Part shown: positions 34,551-44,036 of the stretch, piece after piece
How the letters are laid out: each line of letters opens with the position of its first letter
Position numbering within the stretch: the stretch's first letter is position 1
NCBI GenBank assembly: GCA_018780435.1
Contig: JADMJS010000204.1
Coordinates: 9,957-73,956, forward strand
Direction: 5' to 3'
Length of the DNA stretch: 64,000 nt
Source: Myxococcales bacterium
GTDB taxonomy: Bacteria > Myxococcota_A > UBA9042 > GCA-2863065
Made by a program: the position numbers and the translations under genes
Notes under the pieces: model-generated
The model's input: only the letters and a program-made list of their open reading frames with translations
Told to the model about the DNA's origin: nothing
Databases searched by the model: none

Positions 34551-34570
34551 CCCGGACAGGCGAGTCCGGG
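34551..34570. terminator. 7-bp stem hairpin between convergent genes
   Basis: CCCGGAC-aggcga-GTCCGGG lies between the methyltransferase stop (34513) and the stop of the minus-strand gene (34580). Confidence 0.3.
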
Positions 34571-34579
34571 TCAGCCCGA

Positions 34580-36349
34580 CTAACGCCCCCCTGTCGTGCG
34601 GAAGTCGAGTGGGTATCGCACTCGCGTCGGCGTCCCGTCCGGCGATGGTGGAAAGCGGAACAGCGACGCACGATTGACCATGCAGTCCTGAACGGACGCG
34701 TCGCCCAGCGTCGATGACAGAACGCTGGCGCCGCTGACCCGACCCGTCGGGAGAATCGTGAAGGTCAGCACGACCTTGCCCGCGAGGTCCGGCTTGGACT
34801 GGACGGCACGCCGGTAGCACGTCACGAGTTGCCCCTTCTGGCGATCGAGGTGGTTGCGGACTATGTCCCGAGTGAGCCCACCCTTTGGGACCTCGACGGT
34901 GTCGATCGCGCTCACCTTTATTGGCCGCTCGGAGAGACGGATGGGAGAGCGTGGACCGAGGCTCGACTTGTCCAGAGCAGCGACGAGAGGCCCGCCCACC
35001 GTGCCGCTCGGAGGGTCCGGATTCCCCGGTGGCCCGGTGGGCCCGAACTGGAGGCCCGTATATCCCCCTCCGGTCGGACCATTCGTGTGAGCGGCGAGCG
35101 CGCTCCCTGGCCCTGACTCGCCACCGCCGAGTGCGGGTGCACCTCCACCGACGATCTGGATGCCCAGAGGCCCTCCGACGGGCGCGAGCGGGCGCGTGAT
35201 CACCGATGCGAGCTGGTCGGTCGGGATCAGGTGCTCTGCGACGCCACGGCCCTCGAGTCGGGCGTCGGGATTGCGGCTCCGAAGCATCGAAGGTGCGGCC
35301 CGCGTAGCGGTGGTGGGTGCGGGCCGCGTAGCGGTGGGACGTGCGGGGGCGCGGCTGCGATCACGCATGCTGACGCCCCGAGTGTTCTCGGGCTGTGGGC
35401 TCACGACAGCAGTGGTGACGTACCGCGAGAGGTCGGTGTCAACGGCGTCGGCGAGCTCCACGGGCTCGGGAAGCTCATCCGCAGCGGCCTCGACGCGTTT
35501 GCGCTGAACGGAGACCTGGATGAACTCGACGGTGCTGAGGCGAGCCTCGAAGTTCGAACGCGGTTGCAGGATGGCGATCGGCTCCTCGGGCGCCATCTGG
35601 ATGAAGAGCACGAACGCTCCGGCGTGCACGGCGCCCGACGCGGCGAGGTAGCCGGCTTCGGTGAGTACGTCCCGCCTCAGGGTTGGGCCTGAGATCCCGG
35701 CGACGGACGCTCCGGAGAGGAGGATGGTGAAGGCGCCGAACTGCAACCGGCAATGCACGTCTTCGGTGACGGCCAGCAGCCCATCGGGCGCGACGTCGCG
35801 CAATGTGCTGACCGTAAGGCCAGTGAGGTCGATCCGCCGGGCGCCGACGTGCAGCGCGCCGGACACGTTGGGAGTCGCGAGGACACTGGCTAGATCGAGT
35901 GCCCAGCCGTGGCCGTGTGGAACAAGGATGCGCCTCTCGAGCGCGCCGATGTTCTCCGAAGGCACGAAGAGTCGGCCGCGGGGTCCTTCACCTGCGTAGA
36001 CGTCGTCGCCGAAGCGCAACCGATGGAGGCCGGTCCTCACGAGTGACTTCCACGCGGCTGGGTCGAGCGCCATGTGGATGACGAGCCCGGCTGCGAGTAC
36101 GCCGGTGGCCGCCGAGAGCACCGTGAGTCCAGCGAGCGCCGCGAGGACCGCCACCACCGCCGCTTCGGCGGGTGCGAACGATGACACGACCTGGAGCACC
36201 GCGGCGGTGCGCGACGTCGACCGCCGGCGAAGCGCCGTCACGTCGAGGACGGTCGATGGGCCGGTGAGCCGCCCACGTGCTGCCGGCTCGCTCCAGAGAA
36301 GTGCGGTGTGGACGATCCCGGATCGATGTCCGGGCGCTGGTCGTGACAT
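34580..36349 (-). CDS. membrane protein with an AgmX/PglI-type (TonB-C-like) C-terminal domain
   Basis: The C-terminal 'IVRNHLDRQKGQLVTCYRRAVQSKPDLAGKVVLTFTILPTGRVSGASV...DCMVNRASLFRFPP' matches the myxobacterial AgmX/PglI / TonB-C pattern. There is a Pro/Gly-rich linker and N-terminal TM helices. The ATG at 36349 is preceded by GAGGAG. Confidence 0.7.
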   Translation of the reverse strand: MSRPAPGHRSGIVHTALLWSEPAARGRLTGPSTVLDVTALRRRSTSRTAAVLQVVSSFAPAEAAVVAVLAALAGLTVLSAATGVLAAGLVIHMALDPAAWKSLVRTGLHRLRFGDDVYAGEGPRGRLFVPSENIGALERRILVPHGHGWALDLASVLATPNVSGALHVGARRIDLTGLTVSTLRDVAPDGLLAVTEDVHCRLQFGAFTILLSGASVAGISGPTLRRDVLTEAGYLAASGAVHAGAFVLFIQMAPEEPIAILQPRSNFEARLSTVEFIQVSVQRKRVEAAADELPEPVELADAVDTDLSRYVTTAVVSPQPENTRGVSMRDRSRAPARPTATRPAPTTATRAAPSMLRSRNPDARLEGRGVAEHLIPTDQLASVITRPLAPVGGPLGIQIVGGGAPALGGGESGPGSALAAHTNGPTGGGYTGLQFGPTGPPGNPDPPSGTVGGPLVAALDKSSLGPRSPIRLSERPIKVSAIDTVEVPKGGLTRDIVRNHLDRQKGQLVTCYRRAVQSKPDLAGKVVLTFTILPTGRVSGASVLSSTLGDASVQDCMVNRASLFRFPPSPDGTPTRVRYPLDFRTTGGR

Positions 36350-36463
36350 GGTGGACTCCTCGTGACGCCTCCAGGGCGCGTTGCTCCGATTTCGCGAGGC
36401 CGGTGCAAGCCGGCTCACGATGGACAACGACGCTAACTAGAAGTTCCGAGGAGTTTCACGACG

Positions 36464-37231
36464 TCAGCCCGCGGACTGGAACGCGGAGAACATGACGCCA
36501 CAGGGATCCTGGATCAGCGCCATGGTGCCCCATGGATCGATGTCGAGCCGCGGGATGATGACGACGCCGCCAAGCTCCGAAGCTCGCGCAACCGTGGCGA
36601 CGAGATCATTGACCGCGATGTGCGTGAGCCAGTGTGCCGGCGCTCCGCCCTGAACCGGCTGGATGTCGCCGCGCATGAGCTCACCTTGCACCCACATCGC
36701 TTCAGCGTCACCCGGCGCGGAGACGTCCCACCCACAGATCTCGCGATAGAAGCTCTTGGCGCCGCCGAGATCGGTCGTGCTGAGGGTGTCCCAGCAGAAG
36801 TCGCCGGCCGCTGGGCGCCCGGGCTCAGGGCCATCGCCCTTGCAGTCGCGAAAGACCGTGAACCACGCACCTTGCGGATCGCCGAGGACCGCGAAGCGCC
36901 CGACATCGGGGATGTCCATCGGCCCGAAGCCGACCTGCCCACCCAGCGCCTTTGCGCGGGCGACTGCTGCGTCGACGTCAGCGACCGAGACGTAGCCGAC
37001 CGTGTGCGGCGGTCGTGGATCGCCGGCGGGGATCTGCATCATGCCGCCCATGCCACGCTCACCGTTCTTGATGCCGGTGTAGCTGCCGCCTTCGCCCATG
37101 CTCCAGGACTCGACGGTCCAGCCGAAGAGGGCGGTGAAGAAGTTTTGTGACCGTTCTACGTCGCTCGTCATGATCTCGTGCCAGACGAAGCGGCCTGGGG
37201 TGAAGATGCCAGTGCGATCGATGCTTTCCAT
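36464..37231 (-). CDS. VOC (glyoxalase/bleomycin-resistance) family protein, two-domain
   Basis: Two internal repeats are present: 'FVWHEIMTSDVERSQNFFTALFGW' and 'FCWDTLSTTDLGGAKSFYREICGW'. The ATG at 37231 is preceded by AGGAGG. Confidence 0.85.
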   Translation of the reverse strand: MESIDRTGIFTPGRFVWHEIMTSDVERSQNFFTALFGWTVESWSMGEGGSYTGIKNGERGMGGMMQIPAGDPRPPHTVGYVSVADVDAAVARAKALGGQVGFGPMDIPDVGRFAVLGDPQGAWFTVFRDCKGDGPEPGRPAAGDFCWDTLSTTDLGGAKSFYREICGWDVSAPGDAEAMWVQGELMRGDIQPVQGGAPAHWLTHIAVNDLVATVARASELGGVVIIPRLDIDPWGTMALIQDPCGVMFSAFQSAG

Positions 37232-37326
37232 TCGAATTGCCTCCTGCCTGATGAGTTGCCGCGCCGACATTGCCGCACCACTGAACACCCGTCAAGGTCA
37301 AGGAGGTGAGTTTTCGGACGTTCGGT

Positions 37327-38220
37327 TCAAATTATGGGTAGGGGCATCACGGCGTCGCGGATGTGCTGCGAGACGACGTCGAGCACGAAGCGAGCGGCAG
37401 GGCCGAGCTCATGGGTTCGGAGGTGAACGGCGGTGATTCGGCCTGCGGGTTTTGGAGCGCCGGGAAAGAGCTCGACCAGCCGCTCGGCGACGAGGTCCTC
37501 GCGTACGAGCCAGAACGGCACGACGGAGATCCCGAGGCCGTCTCGCGTCGCGCGCCACGCGAGTTCGAGGTCGTCGGCGATGAAGCGCGTCGTGAGCCCG
37601 GCACTCTCGAAGAGGCTGGCCGTTCGGGCATCACGAAAGACACCATGGTGCCCATCGAGTTTGCTCATGCTGGCGGGAAGCGTTCGACCAGCAAGGTAAG
37701 TGGGGCTCGCCACGACACACTGACGAGACTCGACGATGGGCAAAGCGACGAAAGCCTCGGGGATGGCGCCGGACACGCGAATGGCGAAGTCGAACGCGCG
37801 ATCAGTCAGATCGCCGAGGCCATCGGAGAACGCGAGCTCTACCCGCAACGATGGATGATCGAGGAGCGCTCTCGTGAGTCTGGGGGCGACGAGGCGACGC
37901 CCGATGACACCAGGGAGGCTTACTCTGACGTCACCCTCGATCTCAGCGAACCCCGTTCGGACCACCGATTCGGCCTCCGAGAGGCACCGTAGAGCATCGT
38001 CGACACGCTCCAGGTAGCGGCGTCCTTGCGCCGTCAGCCCAACACGTCGAGTTGTGCGATTGAGCAGCCGCACCCCGAGGTCGGCCTCCAGCTCGGCGAT
38101 GGCGCGGCTGATCGACGGTTGGGGCACTCCGCACTCGCGCGAGGCGGCGCTGAAGCTGCCGAGGGTGGCCACGTGGCGGAAGAGTTGGAGGCTGCGCAGT
38201 CGATCCACGGTGAGCTCCAT
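37327..38220 (-). CDS. LysR-family transcriptional regulator
   Basis: N-terminal HTH 'LGSFSAASRECGVPQPSISRAIAELE' plus a LysR substrate-binding-length C-terminal region. Confidence 0.92.
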   Translation of the reverse strand: MELTVDRLRSLQLFRHVATLGSFSAASRECGVPQPSISRAIAELEADLGVRLLNRTTRRVGLTAQGRRYLERVDDALRCLSEAESVVRTGFAEIEGDVRVSLPGVIGRRLVAPRLTRALLDHPSLRVELAFSDGLGDLTDRAFDFAIRVSGAIPEAFVALPIVESRQCVVASPTYLAGRTLPASMSKLDGHHGVFRDARTASLFESAGLTTRFIADDLELAWRATRDGLGISVVPFWLVREDLVAERLVELFPGAPKPAGRITAVHLRTHELGPAARFVLDVVSQHIRDAVMPLPII

Positions 38221-38360
38221 CGATGGCTCATTTGAATCAAACCTACGCGATTAATGCTGAAACTGACAGATTCGAGCGCCGGGTCCGCTGTCGGCCGATG
38301 AATCTGAATGAATACCGCTGAATTAATTCGCAGAAGCCATCACTGGTGCATCGGGGCGGG

Positions 38361-39362
38361 TCAGTCCGGCTCGATATCGAGACAGCGGCGGAAGCCATCC
38401 GCGTAAGCAGCGCCGAGCCCTTCGACGCAGACGAGTAGCTCCGTGGTGCGCGGACAGAGCTGCTTCCAGTTCGAACCCACTGACTTCTTCACGCGTGAGA
38501 ACCAGGGCCCCGTCGCGAGTCGAACAGGCTTCGGTCGTAGACCGCCGAGATGAACGTGGCCGTAGGCTTCGAGTGCAGGGCCGACCGCGTCGGCGCAAGG
38601 GAGAGTCCCGCGCTCGAGCTCTGGAGCACGGGCGCCCGCGAGCCGCGAAAGTGCAGCCGAAAGCGCTTTGTCGTGAAACGGCTTCGCGCGTTTCGGGTCT
38701 CTCTCGAAGCGACCCCTCCCGTCTCCGAACGCGACGTCCGACCAAGTGATGTCGCCCCATTCGACTCGAAGTTCGGCATCGGGGTGACCGTCACGGTCGA
38801 CATCGCCAAAGCGCGCCGCGTCGCGGAAGTAGACCTTGCCGAAGCCCCTCTCGTCGAAGCGGACGAGGTCGTACCGCTCTGGAGCGCCGTCGCCCGCCGA
38901 GTACCCACGAATGAGAGCCACCGCTCTGGGCTCCCCAATGGAGACGAGGACTTGACCGTCGACACCGATACCGGAGGGCGTCCCCATCTCGATCGTCACG
39001 TCGTACTCGACTCCGGTCGGGAGCGCGCCGAGGCCGGCAGCATCTGGACATGGACCGGAGTCCGCAAAGCACTGCAGATCGCCACTCGGCAGGACGACGG
39101 CGAGGACGTCCTCCGTCATCGACCAGATGAAGCCGGTCGAGCCCCAAGGCGCGCTGACGAACGCCATCGACGGAGACCCTTCCAAGTTCGACGTCACGTG
39201 GCGAGCGAGGCGTACGGCGGGCGAATTCGCCCCGTGGAGCGCCTCAAGACGTTCGATGAACACCGGCGGGCTCGCCACGGGCTCGACCGTGAAGCGTTCG
39301 TTCGGGCCGGCAGCCAGGGCGCCGGTGCAGAAGTAGCTCAATGCGATCGAGGCGGGGACCAT
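38361..39362 (-). CDS. hypothetical protein (333 aa)
   Basis: I place the start at the ATG at 39360-39362; the track ORF would otherwise overlap the upstream gene. It has one FG-GAP/VCBS-like 'FGDVDRDGHPD' element. I recognise no family. Confidence 0.5.
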   Translation of the reverse strand: MVPASIALSYFCTGALAAGPNERFTVEPVASPPVFIERLEALHGANSPAVRLARHVTSNLEGSPSMAFVSAPWGSTGFIWSMTEDVLAVVLPSGDLQCFADSGPCPDAAGLGALPTGVEYDVTIEMGTPSGIGVDGQVLVSIGEPRAVALIRGYSAGDGAPERYDLVRFDERGFGKVYFRDAARFGDVDRDGHPDAELRVEWGDITWSDVAFGDGRGRFERDPKRAKPFHDKALSAALSRLAGARAPELERGTLPCADAVGPALEAYGHVHLGGLRPKPVRLATGPWFSRVKKSVGSNWKQLCPRTTELLVCVEGLGAAYADGFRRCLDIEPD

Positions 39363-39472
39363 AAGCAGCTCCAAAGTCGGGGTCGGTGCGAGAGTGGCGC
39401 AACTCCAGCGCAGACAAGACCACGATGACGGGCTGAAGTCATCCGAAGCTGCGTTCGCAGGGATCCTCTCGT

Positions 39473-40945
39473 CTACTTGCCCCGAAGCGCCACCGCCGCT
39501 CGGACGTTGACCAGGGCCCTTCCGAACATCTCTCGGTGGCCCTTGTTCGCTTCGTTCGAGTGAGCTTCCGCGAGCGCGGGAATGAGGGCCTTCTCGGCCA
39601 CCAAGCCGAAGCCAGGCATCGAGGACCACACGTTGCCGAAGTCACCCCCGATAGCCTTACCTACGGTCACGCGAGTGGACTCGTCCGGGCCCTCGAGGAG
39701 ACGAATGACGTCCGGGATGGCGCTGGCGTCGCCGAGCTGGGTGCGGATGGCGACGGAGAGCCCGTACATCTCGAGGTTCTCCTTCTGCCAAGCTTTGGCT
39801 TTGCCCTGAAGGAACTTCACGGCCTGCTTGGCCGCGGCCGGGTTGGTGGAGAGGTAGCCAAGCTGGGCGAGCACCTGCCGGTCTGGACGGGCGTTGCGAT
39901 TCAGCGTGGCTTCGACGTCCTTCCACGCCTTCTTGTCGCCAGCGTTCACGAGGGCGACGTCACGCGCCATGTACGCAGGACCTTCACCCTCCTGATCGCG
40001 CAGCCCGGTGAGGAAAGCCAGCGCGTCTTTGCCACCGAGGATCCCGATGGCCTGCAGGCCAGGGTCGCGAGCGCGCTCAACCTGTCGAATCATCGACTTC
40101 ACGGCGTCCTGCTTCCCACGGCGAGCGAGATAGAGCATGCACGCACCGAGGTCGGCTTCGTCCTTGATATCACGGAGGTTCTGTTCGCAAAGCGCCTCGG
40201 CGTCCGCGGCCCCCCACTCGGCCATGGCCATGAGCAGCATTTCGCGAAACTCGCGTCCCGGGTACCGCTGGATGTGCGCCATGTCGAGGAGCGACATCGC
40301 CGCAGCTGTCTGTTCTTTCGCCCCCATTCCCCACAGTGCACGGACGATTTGAAGGCGTTCTTCGGCTCCTATATCCGCAAGCTTTTCGGGCGAATCGATG
40401 AGCGCCATCACGACTTTGCCCTGCTCGGGCGTCCCGACGACGCCGAGCCCGTCGAGTGCTTTGGTGTAGCGGTAGTTCTCCTCTTCGAGGCAGGAGCCAG
40501 CGATGTACTGATTGGCCTTCGGAAGGTGGATGACCTTGGCGGTCAGAGCGCGGTCGTGGCTCAGGAGGAGCCCCTCGAACATCCTGGACAGCCCCGCTGG
40601 CGCAGCGCCTTTGGCTGCGGCCGCGACGAAGCCACACGCCAGCACGGGCTGATCGTTGCATTGCTTTTCGAAGTCGACGAGCTCGCCTTTCGGCGTGCAT
40701 CGGTAATCGTTTCGTCCGAGGTACTCGCCTCGGCCCTTCTGACACGTCAGGTCATAATACTCCCGCACCGGCGACGACTCCGCCAAGGCGGCGCAGATCC
40801 CCTTCTCGTTCACGGCCTGCTCGGTGAGGGGGTTCCAAGGGGCGTCGGCGCGCGCAATCGGGGCCAAGAGCGCGGCGGACGCGACGACGCGCGCCAGCGA
40901 CTTCGGGGAGGGAAGGAGCTTTGAGAGAGCGGAGACGGCGTTCAT
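39473..40945 (-). CDS. hypothetical secreted protein, helical-repeat (HEAT-like)
   Basis: A signal-like N-terminus 'ASAALLAPIARADAP' is followed by an alpha-helical repeat-like composition. I have no confident family assignment. Confidence 0.6.
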   Translation of the reverse strand: MNAVSALSKLLPSPKSLARVVASAALLAPIARADAPWNPLTEQAVNEKGICAALAESSPVREYYDLTCQKGRGEYLGRNDYRCTPKGELVDFEKQCNDQPVLACGFVAAAAKGAAPAGLSRMFEGLLLSHDRALTAKVIHLPKANQYIAGSCLEEENYRYTKALDGLGVVGTPEQGKVVMALIDSPEKLADIGAEERLQIVRALWGMGAKEQTAAAMSLLDMAHIQRYPGREFREMLLMAMAEWGAADAEALCEQNLRDIKDEADLGACMLYLARRGKQDAVKSMIRQVERARDPGLQAIGILGGKDALAFLTGLRDQEGEGPAYMARDVALVNAGDKKAWKDVEATLNRNARPDRQVLAQLGYLSTNPAAAKQAVKFLQGKAKAWQKENLEMYGLSVAIRTQLGDASAIPDVIRLLEGPDESTRVTVGKAIGGDFGNVWSSMPGFGLVAEKALIPALAEAHSNEANKGHREMFGRALVNVRAAVALRGK

Positions 40946-41300
40946 GGGGTCCTCGTTCGCGGATCAGAAGGTTGCCCGATGAACGTAGCCACCACGGGAG
41001 CAGATGACGCCCTTCAATTCTGTGGGGGGTGCGCTCGGGAGATGGACGAAGGCCTAGACCGCGCGGGTGGGTGTCGGAATCGCTTGGCGATCGACGTCTC
41101 TCTGCTCGAACGGCACGCGGGGCCGTTCGGGACGGACGCTGCGTATAGACGACTGCTCCTGCAATCACTGGCGGCATGCACCGAGACCGCGCTGTGCACG
41201 CCTTCTTCGGTTCCCTACGGGCTCACCACGGACTTGCCCTTGACAAGCCCCAGTTCGCGCGCGAGACCGCCACCCACACTCGCACTCGCGGAGCACGACC

Positions 41301-42908
41301 ATGGCCGATTTCAGCTACGAGAAGCCCTTCCAGTTCAGCGGCGACCCCACGCCCTATCGCTTCTTGGGTTCGGACGGCGTGCGCGTCGAGACGCTCGGCG
41401 AACATCGTTTCCTTCGGATCGAGCCCCACGTCCTCACGTCGCTCGCGCGCGAAGCCCTGCACGACACGTCGTTCTACCTGCGGGCGTCGCACCAGGAGTC
41501 GGTGGCCGCGATCCTCCGAGATCCGGAGGCCAGCGACAACGATCGCTTCGTCGCTCGGACTCTGCTCAAGAACTCCGTTGTTGCGGCCGCCGGGCAGCTG
41601 CCGGTCTGCCAGGACACTGGGACCGCCATCGTCATGGGCAAGAAGGGCCAGTTCGTGCTGACGGACGGCCACGATGAAGAGCACCTGTCACGCGGGATCT
41701 GGGAGACCTACCAACGCGACAACCTCCGGTATTCGCAAGTGGTCCCACTGACGATGTACGAGGAGAAGAACTCCGGGAACAACCTCCCGGCACAGATCGA
41801 CCTGTACACGTCGTACGGCGACACCTACGAGCTCCTCTTCCTCGCGAAGGGCGGCGGCTCCGCCAACAAGACCTACTTGTTCCAGCAGACCAAGGCGCTC
41901 CTCAACCCCACCAGTCTCGAAGCCTTTCTCGTCGAGAAGATGAAGACGCTCGGTACGGCGGCGTGCCCTCCCTACCACGTGGCGTTCGTCATCGGCGGGA
42001 CCAGCGCCGAGGCAACGCTCAAGACCGTCAAGCTCGCCAGCGCCAAGGAGCTCGACCACCTGCCGACCACTGGCTCGATGGGCGGCCGCGCCTTTCGCGA
42101 TGTCGAGCTCGAGAAGCGCCTCCTCACGGCCGCGTGGGGCGCCGGCCTTGGCGCGCAGTTCGGAGGCAAGTACTACGCGCACGACGTTCGCGTGATTCGC
42201 TTGCCGCGTCACGGCGCGTCCTGCCCGGTTGGCATGGGTGTGTCCTGTTCGGCTGACCGGAACATCAAGGCCCGCATCGACGAAAACGGCGTGTGGCTCG
42301 AAGAGATGGAACGGCACCCGGAGCGTTTCCTTCTCGAGGCGGACACCTCGGTCGACAACAGCGTGCATATCGACCTCGACCAGCCTATGGCCGCGATCCG
42401 CGCCGAGCTAGCACGTCACCCGGTCAAGACCCGCCTCCTCCTCACGGGGACCATGGTCGTCGCCCGCGACATGGCCCACGCTCGGCTGAAGGAGATGGTC
42501 GACCGCGGCGAGCCGATGCCCCAATGGTTCAAAGACCATCCGGTGTACTACGCGGGCCCGGCGAAGACGCCGACCGGCATGGCCTCGGGGTCCTTCGGTC
42601 CCACCACCGCGGAGCGGATGGACCCCTACGTCGACCTCTTCCAGTCTCTGGGCGGGTCCATGGTCATGTTGGCGAAGGGAAACCGGTCGCAGGCCGTCAC
42701 CGACGCTTGTCATCGGCATGGCGGCTTCTATCTCGGCAGTATTGGCGGGCCCGCCGCGATCCTGGCGTCCGAGAGCATCAAGAAGGTCGAGGTGCTCGAC
42801 TTCAAGGATCTCGGCATGGAAGCCATCTGGCGCATCGAAGTCGTGGACTTCCCGGCCTTCATCCTCGTCGACGACAAGGGGAACGACTTCTTCCGCCAGC
42901 TCAAGTGA
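41301..42908 (+). CDS. class I (Fe-S dependent) fumarate hydratase, fused alpha/beta type
   Basis: Motifs: '[18 protein letters not shown]', '[11 protein letters not shown]', '[14 protein letters not shown]' and C-terminal 'GPTTAERMD...LAKGNRS'. Length is 535 aa. Confidence 0.92.
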   Translation: MADFSYEKPFQFSGDPTPYRFLGSDGVRVETLGEHRFLRIEPHVLTSLAREALHDTSFYLRASHQESVAAILRDPEASDNDRFVARTLLKNSVVAAAGQLPVCQDTGTAIVMGKKGQFVLTDGHDEEHLSRGIWETYQRDNLRYSQVVPLTMYEEKNSGNNLPAQIDLYTSYGDTYELLFLAKGGGSANKTYLFQQTKALLNPTSLEAFLVEKMKTLGTAACPPYHVAFVIGGTSAEATLKTVKLASAKELDHLPTTGSMGGRAFRDVELEKRLLTAAWGAGLGAQFGGKYYAHDVRVIRLPRHGASCPVGMGVSCSADRNIKARIDENGVWLEEMERHPERFLLEADTSVDNSVHIDLDQPMAAIRAELARHPVKTRLLLTGTMVVARDMAHARLKEMVDRGEPMPQWFKDHPVYYAGPAKTPTGMASGSFGPTTAERMDPYVDLFQSLGGSMVMLAKGNRSQAVTDACHRHGGFYLGSIGGPAAILASESIKKVEVLDFKDLGMEAIWRIEVVDFPAFILVDDKGNDFFRQLK

Positions 42909-42909
42909 G

Positions 42910-42942
42910 GCATCCGGGCTGCCTGGGAGCGCAGCCGGATGC
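42910..42942. terminator. hairpin between convergent genes
   Basis: GCATCCGG(G)CTGC-ctgggagc-GCAGCCGGATGC starts 2 nt after the fumarase stop. It lies upstream of the stop (42952) of the convergent lipoprotein gene. Confidence 0.35.
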
Positions 42943-42951
42943 GCAGGTCGA

Positions 42952-43716
42952 TCAGGCCTTCGGCTTGAGGCTCTGGCACGCCTTCAGGAAGAGTTCGACT
43001 TGTTCCTTCTTGAAGGAGTGAGCGCCACGGCCGCTGTAGCAGCGCACGGTCTTGTCGCCGACCTTGATGGCTGAATCCATCCAGAACGAGGCGTTACCCG
43101 CGAAGTCGGTCTCGTAGATGAGGGCCTCGGGGGTGTCGAGGATGAACGCCTTGAGCTTCTGGACGTCGTTCGACGCGATGTCCTTCTTCACCTGGACCAT
43201 GTCGACTTCCATGTCGATGGCGACGAAGAAGTCCTTGCCCTCACCCAGCTTGACCTCAAGCGTGCCGAAGCTGTCGGCGGCGACGGCGCCCTTCGGTGCG
43301 TCCATCGTGGCCGAGAAGCCCTCAGCCGTGATGTCGAGGGGGGCCATCTCGAGGGCGGCCGGGGCATCACCGCCTGCAGCCGGGGCGGCTTCTGGCGCCA
43401 CCGGGGCCGCTTCCGGCGCGACTGGGGCGGCTTCAGGCGCGACTGGGGCAGCCTCAGGAGCAGGCGGGACGACCGGGGCAGCCTCGGGGGCGACTGGAGC
43501 AGCTTCAGGAGCCTTAGGCGCCTCCTCGGCCTTCGGGGCCTCCTCAGCCTTCGGAGCCTCCTCGGCCTTCGGAGCCTCCTCGGCCTTCGGTGCCTCGGTC
43601 TTAGGAGCCTCCGCCTTCGGGACGGCTGCCGCCTTCGGGGCCTCGGCAGGCTTGTTCTTGTTACAGGCGGACGCGAGAGCCAGGGCGGCGAACATCGAGA
43701 CGTGGGCGAGCTTCAT
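42952..43716 (-). CDS. lipoprotein with two tandem-repeat linkers
   Basis: The lipobox 'ALALASAC' is followed by (EAPKAE)n, then (APEAAPV)n, then a ~130-aa globular C-terminal domain. Confidence 0.8.
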   Translation of the reverse strand: MKLAHVSMFAALALASACNKNKPAEAPKAAAVPKAEAPKTEAPKAEEAPKAEEAPKAEEAPKAEEAPKAPEAAPVAPEAAPVVPPAPEAAPVAPEAAPVAPEAAPVAPEAAPAAGGDAPAALEMAPLDITAEGFSATMDAPKGAVAADSFGTLEVKLGEGKDFFVAIDMEVDMVQVKKDIASNDVQKLKAFILDTPEALIYETDFAGNASFWMDSAIKVGDKTVRCYSGRGAHSFKKEQVELFLKACQSLKPKA

Positions 43717-44036
43717 GCGGGTGTTTCCTAGTGTGTGTGAGCCCCGGGGGCCGAGCGCCTCCCACCCGGGAGACGCGGCAGCGTTCGTCGGGCCACGCTG
43801 CCGGCTCTTTCCACCCGAATCGGCGTCGCGTCAAGGACGGACAGCGCTGTCCGTATGACCACGGGACGACCAGATCCGAAACGTATGCCAGTCGGGCACC
43901 GGCCCAGCGCCAGCACCGGAGGCTGGCACTGGAGTGTGCCCTGGGACCGTAGTGACGTTGACCCGGATGGCGACACACGTGATGCATCGTGGAAGGAGGC
44001 TCGAACTCGTGATATCGACGAACGTCGGAGGTCTGA

